Assembly (NCBI RefSeq): GCF_000143415.4
Contig: NW_003314270.1
Location: forward strand, 1,481,048 to 1,545,047
From: Selaginella moellendorffii
Taxonomy: Eukaryota; Plantae; Lycopodiophyta
Direction: 5' to 3'
Length of the DNA stretch: 64,000 nucleotides
Each line of letters starts with the position of its first letter. Position 1 is the stretch's first letter. The position numbers and the translations under genes are program-made. Shown piece by piece: positions 53,543 to 64,000 of the stretch. The notes beneath the pieces are model-generated. The model saw nothing but the letters and a program-made list of their open reading frames with translations, ran no database searches and was not told where the DNA came from.

Positions 53543-55557
53543 ATGAGCCGCCTTGTGCTGCTCCTGCTCGTGATAGCGCTGCTTGTGCTTGTCCAGGTGA
53601 AAGGCGCACCCGAGAGTGAATTAGTGTCGAGATTGCCCGGGCAGCCGCACGTTTCGTTTAAGCAGTACGCCGGTTACGTGACTGTTGACAAGAACGCCGG
53701 CCGTGCCTTGTTCTACTACTTCGCAGAGGCCGAAACGAGAGCCAGCTCGCAGCCTTTGACCCTCTGGCTAAATGGAGGTAACCATGCCTGTCTAGAGTTT
53801 CTTCTGCATCGTTTCTGGAACAAAAAAGAAAGCAAAACAGCATTGTCTTGTCTCAAGTCTCGACTGAGAGAAGTTTAACTTGGTTCTTACTCGATCGGCA
53901 GGTCCTGGTTGTTCCTCGATTGGTGGAGGAGCATTTACGGAGCTTGGACCCTTCTATCCCAATGCTTCTGGACAAGGGCTGTTAGTAAATCGACGAGCGT
54001 GGAACAAAGGTGCAAACCTGCATTTTCGATCGGTGCTTTAACCCCTCTTTCTTCGATCCAGTGTCCAATATGCTCTTCCTCGAAGCGCCTGCTGGAGTCG
54101 GCTGGTCCTATTCCAACAAAAGTTCCGACTATGAGCAAGTCACGGACAGGATAACAGGTAACTAGAGCTACTTAGAACATCAGAAGCTTACCTCGTGGTT
54201 GCAGCCGTGGACACGCTAAATTTTCTTCTCGGTTGGATGGACAAGTTTCCCGAGTACCAGACGAGAGATTTCTACATCACCGGCGAGAGCTACGCAGGTC
54301 CAAAGCTTTCGCCCATTTCCGACGAGCGTTCTTACAAGAGCTCTCAGTTTCCTGGTTGATACAGGGCACTACGTTCCTCAGCTGGCCGAGTTGATCATCA
54401 AGCACAGCCAAGTCCCCGGAAACTACGCTTTCAGATTGAAAGGAGTGGCCGTAAGTTAGTGAATCTAGATAGGTACGAGCTGACCTTGACGGTTGAGTCG
54501 ACTGGAGCAGATTGGCAATCCGCTCCTCAACTTGGCCGTGGATACATCAGCGATGTACGAGTACTTTTGGTCACACGGGCTCATCTCGGACGAAACATTC
54601 CAGGCGCTTTCCAACTCCTGCAAATTCGAAGACTATGAGCTCGGGCTCGCGGACCACAACGTTTCCAACGCATGCAACGACGGCATCCTCCAGTCCAACA
54701 CTGAAGTTGGAAGATTCATCAACAATTACGACGTCATACTCGACGTCTGCCTTCCATCAATCTTCTTGCAGGAAGTGAGGCTCAAGCAACAGGTAAAAGC
54801 CTCTCTGTTCCTTCTAAAACGATGAAAGAACCGTGGAAACAGATGGCTCAGAAAAGCTATGGAGTGGACATATGCATCGACAAGGAGAGGGACGTCTACT
54901 TCAACCTTCCAGAGGTGCAAAGAGAACTCCACGCGAACACAACTGGACTTCCATACTCGTGGAGTATGTGCACAGGGTAATCAAAAGAACAACGCACCAA
55001 AGTTTCGAAACTTAACGAAAAGACTTTTGCCATTTCCCGTGAAACAGGCCTGTGGACTACGCAATGCAAGACGGAAGCACAAACATGGTACCTCTTCTTG
55101 GAGACATCCTCAAAGCGGGACTCCGCGTTTGGATCTTCAGGTACGTAAGTGGAGCTAAAAAAGTTCTTCCCATTCAGAAAACGAAAGAGTTTGAAGCTTA
55201 CCGCGTGTCCTTTGTGACAGTGGAGACCAGGACTCAGTAGTCCCTTTGACAGGGACGAGATCACTCATTGGAGGCCTGGCAAAATCGCTGGGAATGCAAA
55301 CCACACAACCATACACGGCATGGTACCAAGGTGGTCAGGTATACAAAACCGTAGAGATCGATGAAAGAAAAGGAAAGAGGAGCAGAAACTGAAAAATTCC
55401 CTTGCAGGTAGCTGGATGGACTCAAAGCTATGGCAACTTGACATACGCGACAATACGAGGAGCGGCCCATATGGTTCCCTATGCCCAGCCGGAGCGCGCC
55501 TTGCTGCTCTTTCGGTCCTTCATCCGGGGAAATGCGCTGCCGATCAAGAGCGCCTAG
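53543..55557 (+). CDS. Serine carboxypeptidase-like, clade II (SCPL42-like)
   Basis: LPGQP, WLNGGPGCSS, GESYAG (Ser), SGDQDSVVP (Asp), GAAHMVP (His). Confidence 0.96.
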
Positions 55558-55643
55558 AATCACACACACACCGCATTCTTTCCAAAATGTACCTAAAGAG
55601 AATACAGAAAAAGACCTACCAGAACCCAAATTTTAAGCGAGCT

Positions 55644-55716
55644 GGTCCCATGGTGTAGTGGTTATCACGTCTGCTTTACACGCAGAAGGCCGCGAGTTCG
55701 AACCTCGCTGGGGCCA
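55644..55716 (+). tRNA. tRNA-Val(TAC)
   Basis: Full cloverleaf: acceptor GGTCCCA/TGGGGCC, anticodon arm TCTGC-TTTACAC-GCAGA, T-arm GCGAG-TTCGAAC-CTCGC. T6 terminator at 55717-55722. Confidence 0.97.
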
Positions 55717-55971
55717 TTTTTTATTTACTTGAGATGATAATAGATAAATTACTGACACAGCACATTTTATTTTGATTTTTGCAATTTTGTACTTGTTTAT
55801 CTAAATGATATACTAAACAACAACTTGGCATCTTTCCACAAGAATATCAGTGACACTATAACTAGCTTCTTATTAATTCATATATGCATGATAAATTCAA
55901 AGCAAACCAAGCTAACATAGCAAATTTTTATTTTTGCAATTTTGTACTTGTTTAACTTGTATATATATATA

Positions 55972-57521
55972 TGTGAGGGCTAAGTGTACGACTACGATGC
56001 CATATACTAATATTAGCATAGTGGGATTTTAGTAGCCGTCGGATTGGTTTCAATCTGGACCATTCGCTCCTGTATATAAGCTAGGGTTTTTGGGCTAATT
56101 AATATGCATATTTTTTATATTCCCTTTTCATATTCCAAGCACTCACATTGATGGAGATGAGGGGCACTTTTGATTGTCCCTGAGGAGTGCTTGGATTTAG
56201 GATTTTGGTTTAAATTTAACTTTTGCATTGTTTAGATCTAGCTTTTTCTATTTCCTTTCTTTTGTTCTTTTCTTTCAGGATTTTTGTTTAGATCTAGTTT
56301 TTTCCATTGTCTAGATCTTTCTAGCTTTTTGTCATTTCACTTTTTTTGCTTTTTCTTTTTCATTCGTCTCCATGGCAGATTAGCAATCTCCTCCTTTGAC
56401 CTCTAAAGCAGCAGTTGGTACAATTGTTTGATGCTATGTGCTTGCAATTGAACAACCAAACTTAGTTGATAGTGGCATTTACGGCATATGGTATAACTCC
56501 TCCTGCTTTTGGTGCCAATCCTCGTGTTCAGCTAAAGTTCTTTCGTGGGAATCCTAGAGATGATGTGTACCATTGGTTCGATCACTTCACGGTAATTGCC
56601 ACATATCATTCTTGGGATGATGCTCAACATTTGCATGAATTTCCCACGTGTCTCTAAGGGATAATGTTGCAATGGTACAATAGTTTGGGCGCAGCCACTC
56701 GTGGGGATTGGAGTGTTCTTCCAGATGTCTTCAAACACGCCTTCAGACATGCCGATGATTGTGATGATGCCTTCCAACAAATGCATTGTCTTCGCCAAGG
56801 GCCATCCGAGTCGGTGATGCAATTTGGCGTTCGTTTTCGAAGTCTTTTGCTTTATGCGGAGCCAAATATGTTGGAGCGGATCAAGCTAGGAATGTTGTGG
56901 CCAGCACTTCGTCAAGATCTTGTCGGACTTGTGCATGCATTTGCTCCTGTCGCGAATGTGACTTCAGGTATCGAAAGTTACCTGTCAGCTAGTCCTTTCG
57001 GATATTCTTACCTTACTGCCACGACGGCAGGAGGTCGGTATTGCTGGACCCTTTATCAATCCCTCTTGTGCTAGTGGAGTTAACTGGGCATTTCGAGTAT
57101 ACTTAGACCGGACGAGCATAAGGATGGAATTCCTACGTGTTATTAGCTAAGCATACTTAGCCCGGTAAGGAGTTCCCGTCTCGTTTTGTCTTGCACTTGC
57201 TAGTGACAAGAACTCTCGAGTATTGAGATTGGTCCCTCAATATCGCTGGATGATAGCTTACCGTGTTTGCCAAACACCCTCGCTATCATGCCCTTTGTGT
57301 TACTCTCATTTCGGTCCCAAATGCTATTTATGGAAAGTGTCCAGATTTCTCATTTGGCATATTTACGGAATGTAGAGATCGGCCTGAACACAATGGTGTT
57401 CGTCCCGTGTCCAAATTCGCAATCTAGGGACATTCCATATTTAGTAAGTTTTGAGCTTGTCCCAGAGACTAACTCCAGATACTAAGGGAGGCTTGGGGTG
57501 AAAGCCCAAAGCGTGTGTTCC
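55972..57521 (+). mobile_element. Degenerate Ty3/Gypsy-type LTR element (short LTR, tRNA-Ala-like PBS, disrupted gag)
   Basis: Putative 176-bp LTR 55972-56147 (TGTGAG...CTCACA, internal TATATAA) after a (TA)n tract. PBS TGATGGAGATGAGGGG at 56149-56164. gag remnants at 56466-57074 (F.G...DV..WF..F, QWY, W..L...F...F, LRQGPSESV..F..RF) with an in-frame stop. Confidence 0.75.
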
Positions 57522-60500
57522 TGTGAGACACAAAATCCCTAGGCCCCAAAGTGGAGCCAGAAAGGGTGCCACGTGGTAGTGGCTGAAGCGAGAGCCAAAC
57601 GAGCGTAACACGTTTGGACCAAAAGCTCCGACTTGAAAAGTCAAGAGCGGGAGTGGAACTCCCAACGAAGTGCTCGAGGAACGAGCACGAAGCGAGCAAA
57701 AAGCGAGGCTCCAAAAAGGGACCCAAAAGGACCAACACATGACACGTGGAAGTGTCTGAGATGGACTCGAGTTGGAGTCCGAAGTGGAGTCCGAGATGGA
57801 CTCGAGTTGGAGTCCGAAGTGGAGTCCGAGATGGACCCGAGTTGGAGTCTGAAGTGGAGTCCGAGATGGACCTGAGTTGGAGTCCGAAGTGGAGTCCGAG
57901 GTGGACCCGAGATGGACCCGAAACGGGGTCCGAGATGGAGTCCGAGATGGACCCGAAATGGAGTCCGAGATGGACACAAGATGGACCCGAAATGGAGTCC
58001 GAGATGGAGTCCGAGATGGAGTCCGAGGTGGACCCGAGATGGACCCGAAATGGAGTCCGAGATGGAGTCCGAGATGGACCCGAAATGGAGTCCGAGATGG
58101 AGTCCGAGATGGACCCGAGATGGAGTCCGAGATGGACCCGAAATGGAGTCCGAGATGGACCCGAGATGGAGTCCGAGATGGACCCGAGATGGAGTCCGAG
58201 ATGGAGTCCGAGATGGAGTCCGAGACCGGGACCGAGACCGAGACCGAGATCGGGACCGAGAACGAGACTGAGGCCGAGGCCGAGACCGAGCCCGAGCCCG
58301 AGTCCAAGTCCGAGTCCGAGTCCGAGTCCGAGTTCGAGTCTGAGAGGGTGAAAGCCCAAAGCGTTCATCTCCCAGACCCTGGGGGGTTTGGTGAGCTCCA
58401 AAAGTATAGTAGGGGGAGGACTGCAGTGGAGCCAGTTTGGCCAGGAAAGGCCAGTTTGGCCCAGGAAGGCCGGACCCAGTGTTGGGTGATGAGCTGTCCA
58501 CTGGGAAGTCCAAGACTAGAGTGAACACAGACCGACAAGCGGGGTAGCTTGGTGAAGTGTTCAAGAGCCGGCTCTAGTTCCCCCGGGAGATCGACTGGCC
58601 GATGCTCCCAGTCCAAGTGTGGGTGGCACTACCTACTTGGATACCTGGTGTGGCTCAACGGAACCCGCTCTAAGCCCCTGGCTAGAGCACCCAAGGGCAG
58701 AAGGTGAGGAGAGTACCCAGGTGGCTCGCGTAAGGCCACGGTGTTCCGAAATGTTGTCCCAAAGGCCCAGACTGTGGAAAGGAAGAGGAGCAGTCCTCTG
58801 GGGTAGTGACCAAGGACACAGTCGTGTGGTGAAGAAGTCCCAGAGGACCGTGGGACTTAGTGGTCGGGCCTGTGGGTCTCGATCCAGTGGCAGTGTTGGC
58901 AAACACGGCCAGGGGCAGAAAGGGACTTAATGGGGACTGACAGAGGGATATTGGGGAAGGCTATTCCCCTTGTCGGTGGGCATCCTAAGGATGCTAAGGA
59001 GTGGATCTGAGATGACCACTCACGGATGGTTTGCCTAGTCTTGGAGAGCCAAAATGGTGATGCAAGTGGTATTGGACTACCAGTGTGGCAAAGGTGATCG
59101 GGCATGGCCTTAGCGTAACGGGCTGCTATGTCAGTGGTACCTTTGAGTGTCGGTCATGGGATCGGACACGTGGAGCACTTGGACCAAGTGCAAATGTTGA
59201 GTGGCATGGATGCCATTCTCGGGGCTAGCAAGTCCCAAGTCCTGGATTGGACTTATAGAGGTTGCGAATGAGACTCCTCCAAGTGGTCAGAGGTGTGGTT
59301 AAGTGACTAAAGTAGAATGGAAAATTTAGTCGTTTACAATTTGGTATCGGAGCTGTTCCTTAGTCCGACTTTTATTAGTGCTCAAGTATATCACCTCTAG
59401 TGTTGGCATTGGAAGGTCCAAGGAGTGGGCCTATCCTTGAGGAGTAGCAAGTCGGGAAGACATGGCTCTCCATTACAGTTCATGTGTAAACTTGTAGACG
59501 AGGTGGTGGATAGAAAAGGGCCAATAATGGAATGACTTTGGGATCTTGGGAACAATGCAAGGTTTTCCTCATTGAGTTGAGGATGTGATCCGGATGAGCA
59601 TTTGTCTCAGCAAATTGGCTAAGGTTGTTGTGGTAAACAACTAAAGTTGGGATCACGGGAAAGATAGAGACTCCAAAACAATAAAGGAGTCACAAGATTA
59701 TCCTCATATAGTTGAGGTTGGTGCTCATGAATGTGAGACCAGAGGTAATGACCATGGGAGGTCAAATACGGAAGAGGACTCAAGTCCTTGAAATGGTAGC
59801 CGGGGCTACCTTTAATAAATGTTGGAACAACCCAAGGAGTTGGGGGGTGTACTTAGAGATGAGTGGTATTCTCATCGCATGGACAAGTAGTCCTAAGGGG
59901 CAAAAGTTGCCCCCAGAGAACAAAATCAAGTGTCGGAGTAACACTTGTGAAAATAGTCCTTTTGAGTAGGACAGGAATGCAAGAAGTGTATTCCAGTGAG
60001 CTAGTGCCTCACAAGTAAGACCTTACGGGTCTGTGGATTAACCAAGTCCAAAACTGTTGGATGACTCAAGTAGAGTCCAGGGATGGTCCTAAAAGTACTG
60101 ATGGAAGCATTTGGACTGAGGTGTGTTATACCCCACAAAGGATGGGGGGGGATCATAGGATCCAAGGATGAGAATAGAGGGTATCTCATCGATGGCAAAA
60201 TGTGCCATGCTAAAGTTATGGGAAAGGTGTTCCCAGAAGAAAACAACTTTGACACAAAGTTGTGTGTGACCTCTATGGTGCAGTGCTAACAGATGGTTGG
60301 CATGAGAAAGGGCGGTGTTGGTCTTGGCAAAGACTTAGACACAAATGGAAAGTGTCATAGAGGTAGGCTCGTGGAGCCGATGGTGTGGAGACACCAAATG
60401 TGCCAAGGTGTGATACCTTGAGGCTATGTTGGTGGGTTCATGAGAACCCCTTGCCAAAGGAATCCCAATGGAAATGGGAATGGCATAGCCTAAGCTGCAG

Positions 60501-63500
60501 AGCATGCAGTTGGAGTGTGGTGACCCAGATAATGATGGAGGTGTGAAAGCACCAAGCAATGAGTTGTAGGACTTGACAACTATGAGGCAACTAAGCAAGG
60601 GTGCAAAATAACTAGTTAAACAGGTAGAAGGTAGCTACCGAGGACTTCTTAATAGCATAGGGAAGTCGGATATACCCTTACGGGGGATAAGTTGCTTGTG
60701 TTGCGATATAGTAAGTCAATGTCATAAAAGGAAATACTCATTGTTAAGAAAGCCATCATTGGGACACCCGAACACTCTAGAACACCAGAAGGTGGTGTTT
60801 GATATCGCAAGGGCAATGGATAAAGCCCAAGGGACTAAGTCCCTAGCGAATGATGGATAGAAGGTGCTATCCAAATGTCCAAGGTTGCGGAGACAGGAGA
60901 GGACTGTCTACCCGAGTTGGACAAATCCAAAAATGGAATTTTGGCAAGGCTAGTGATGGGCATGTAAAGGCCCATAAGCAACAATGTAATCCCAGTGTGT
61001 GGGATTATAAGGTGAGCATACCCGGATTGAGGAACCACTCCCTGGGCTATTGGGTAGGTTCATCCCTAAGAATACTTGCTAAAGCATGATAGAAAGTGCA
61101 ACGCTATCCTCCTAGTCTGGAGGAGAATGACCAAAGGAAAGGTGTGAAGCCAAAAGCAAGAAGTAAGGGGATAGAACTGAACCATAGGAATCGAAGGGCA
61201 TAACCAAGGTTGGTTATGCCAGCTAGGAGTGGAGAATCAAGTGGGGGCTCAAGGGTGTTGTCGCTAGCAACTGTGATGCCATGGAGAGTCTAAAATATGG
61301 AATTGTCCATGTTAGACTAGGTGGCATTTGGAAGGCTTGCAAAAAGGGAGGCCTTAGCAAGCTGAGGGACAGAGTTCCTTCAAGGTTCCCAAAGACGATT
61401 TTAGGTAGCTTAGTACCTAGAAAGGCCAAGTGTAAATGGTTCATGGAACGCGCGAAATCAGAGTAGCGCAGCAGAAGCGTGGTCTTGAAGCTTGCCATGA
61501 GGCAAGGCTATCAAGGTTAGGGAAGTAGTTCCCGAGTGTTCAAAGAGAGGGCTTTGAACGAAAGTCGATGGTCAAGGACTTTCACGCTTATGCAGGAACT
61601 ATGTTACAGTGGTCGGAGGACTTGCCAAGCGAGATTGGCACGTCGGGGGAACAAATACCCTAGTTGAAGGTGATAACTTCAAAAAGGGTGGGCCATGGGG
61701 CTGAGCGTGGAGGAGTCCATGCATGATCACAGACATGTCAAGTGAGAGGACTTGGCAGTGTGGAGGAACTAGGTTCCTAAGCTATGATCTGTAGCGTGCT
61801 TTAAAAATAAGTTGGTGCACCGACGTGGGGAGTCATGCCAGGCATCTTGTGTGATGCCGTCCGTAGATGCATATACGAAGGTTGGGTTCGAGTCCCGACC
61901 CCCTAGTGCTTGGGTTCGAGTCCCAAATCACTAGGGCGTGGTGATGGTTTGGAATATGAGGACACTCATATTTCGGTGGTCATGGACTCTCAGTGGGGAG
62001 ACTGGTTTGGGCACACTGCCAAGCGAGGGATGCCTCGGAGTCGTGATGCACGGTTAGATTGCTTAGTGTGAAAGCTCGGCATATTTAACTTGAACGCTTT
62101 GGTGCAAGTGGCACCAAGGACGTGGTGAGTGAGATGGGGACACCTAATCTCAGTTGCTATGGACCCTTGGCCGAAAGGGCTGGCTTGGGCGCACCGCCAA
62201 GTGTGGGGGATGCCCCCGGGGTCGTAGTTAACAAGTTAAAGGTCTGGAAGACCTAGTACCTATTGGCAAACCTGTTAAGGTGCCGAGGTGAGATCACTAG
62301 GTGATCTTGTGGCTAAATAAGGACAAGGTCCTTGTTTGGGTTAAGGAATAAGATTCCTAGTTCAAAGTGTTGATTTGAACTATTGATTATAGTGTGGCTT
62401 GGTCAAGGTGACCAAGTGGGAAAAGCACCTTAGGGAAATGAGCTATGTCATTGCGATGGCATAATGTGTCCAAGGAAAGTAGTCTCTAAAGAGACCCATG
62501 AGAGGGTCACAAAAGTGGGCCGAGGATAGAGCCCACAGCAGAAGATGCTAAAAGAGACTTACTAGGGGTGAACACCCTAGTCTTGGCAAAGCAGAGCCTT
62601 TGCTATGGAATCAAAAGAATACCTCAAGGAGGGAGGTAGAGATTCGATGTTGCTTGGTGCAACAATCAACAGATAGGAGCAAAAGATGAGTGGCCAAGAT
62701 AGGGCCGTGGAATCCCTTGGAAGGAATCCAAGTGACAAAGTTAGGCGAGGAACACTAATGTGTTGGACGCTAACAAATTGCGGGAAAGGAAGTGTGTTTC
62801 CAAGAATGGATTCCGAATTGCTCCGATTTGGCAAAAGTGGAAGCTCCAAGGGAGGGAGCGGTAAGGTAGCCAAATGATAGGGCGATGGACAACCCTAGCA
62901 CAAGGTGTGATAAATGGAACTTAGTGCCCAAGGTGGCACGAAATAGAAGAGAGGATGATAGTGCCCTCAAGTAATGAACTTCCTAGGATAGGGAAGTGGA
63001 GTTGCACAATTTGTGCAATGCAAGGTGTTGGAGACACCTAGGAAATTGACTTCCAAAAGTCAAAAGAGTAAAAGTTCCAAGGTGCAAACATTCAATAGAT
63101 GGAAATTGAGACTACTCGAGAAGGAGTAGTGGGATTGACTTAGAGAAGGGTCTCTAAGAGGTTTAGCAAGAATTAAACCAATAAAAGAAGAGAACCACTA
63201 CATGTGGTCCAATAAGTCTCTAAGTTGGAGAGACTACCCTCCTTAGAGGATAGGCAAGGCATGGTGAGCCTTTGGTGTCAAACCATTGAGGCATATGCAA
63301 AAGGCATGGTGAGCCTTCAATGTCAAACCATTGACAAATATTGGCTAGGTGCCAAGGATGGAAATGGTAACACATGCGAGGGTTACTTTACAAAATGGTT
63401 TACCGTTCGATGAGGACATCGAACTTCGTCTATGGGTGGTGGAGTTGTGAGACACAAAATCCCTAGGCCCCAAAGTGGAGCCAGAAAGGGTGCCACGTGG

Positions 63501-64000
63501 TAGTGGCTGAAGTGAGAGCCAAACGAGCGTAACACGTTTGGACCAAAAGCTCCGACTTGAAAAGTCAAGAGCGGGAGTGGAACTCCCAACAAAGTGCTCG
63601 AGGAACGAGCACGAAGCGAGCAAAAAGCGAGGCTCCAAAAAGGGACCCAAAAGGACCAACACATGACACGTGGAAGTGTCCGAGATGGACCCGAGTTGGA
63701 GTCCGAAGTGGAGTCCGAGATGGACCCGAGTTGGAGTCCGAAGTGGAGTCCGAGGTGGACCCGAGATGGACCCGAAACGGAGTCCGAGATGGACACAAGA
63801 TGGACCCGAAATGGAGTCCGAGATGGAGTCCGAGATGGAGTCCGAGGTGGACCCGAGATGGAACCGAAATGGAGTCCGAGATGGAGTCTGAGATGGACCC
63901 GAAATGGAGTCCGAGATGGAGTCCGAGATGGACCCGAGATGGAGTCCGAGATGGACCCGAAATGGAGTCCGAGATGGACCCAAGATGGAGTCCGAGATGG
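57522..64000 (+). mobile_element. Non-autonomous (LARD-like) LTR retrotransposon, copy 2 (3' LTR runs off the window)
   Basis: 5' LTR 57522-59338 (TGTGAG...TTACA). PBS TGGTATCGGAGC at 59342-59353. PPT-like tract at 63432-63444. 3' LTR from 63446, nearly identical to the 5' LTR. Homologous throughout to 2852-9723 in reverse. Confidence 0.93.
57755..58345 (+). repeat. LTR-internal minisatellite (GGAGTCCGAGAT / GGACCCGAGAT 11-12-mers grading into CCGAGT/CCGAGA hexamers)
   Basis: Directly visible. Also at 63680-64000, ~3505-3790 and ~9310-9490 with different copy numbers. Confidence 0.95.

Noticed and set aside
57755-58345. CRISPR-like array
   Set aside because: Contiguous 11-12-bp tandem units with no unique spacers and no cas genes, in a eukaryotic context.
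58480-58520. Hammerhead ribozyme (retrozyme) in the LTR
   Set aside because: GTGATGAG is not the CTGANGA core, and no properly placed GAAA/stem II was found.
57441-58564. Long ORFs (MESEMDP.., SISDSISG..) on both strands, also at 3334-4007, 8981-9631 and 63345-63983
   Set aside because: Artefacts of the stop-free LTR minisatellite.

Overview
Gene-dense plant nuclear DNA with very short introns. Compactness and gene style suggest a lycophyte such as Selaginella (inference, not verified). The core (12.7-55.7 kb) holds about 20 ordinary genes: succinyl-CoA ligase alpha, TGD2, SmG, FAM91A1, a Gfo/Idh/MocA oxidoreductase, a lectin receptor pseudokinase, VAP27, two phytocyanins, L2HGDH, a MIF-like gene, eIF5B, an NST1-like/U-box fusion, SHH, a Cdc14-like gene and an SCPL, plus tRNA-Val(TAC). 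The left end (1-12.7 kb) is a mosaic of duplicated gene fragments interrupted by a non-coding LTR element on the minus strand. A second copy of that family lies at the right end on the plus strand, next to or inside a degenerate gag-bearing element. The most striking observations concern this LTR family. Its ~4.1-kb internal region has no long ORF and is a dense string of short hairpins whose stems are preserved between the two copies, including G-U and compensatory changes. It also carries two tandem tRNA T-arm/B-box hairpins and a precise 134-bp inversion between copies. The left copy hosts a 195-bp Cassandra-like solo LTR with a 5S rRNA-derived core and a perfect 5-bp TSD.
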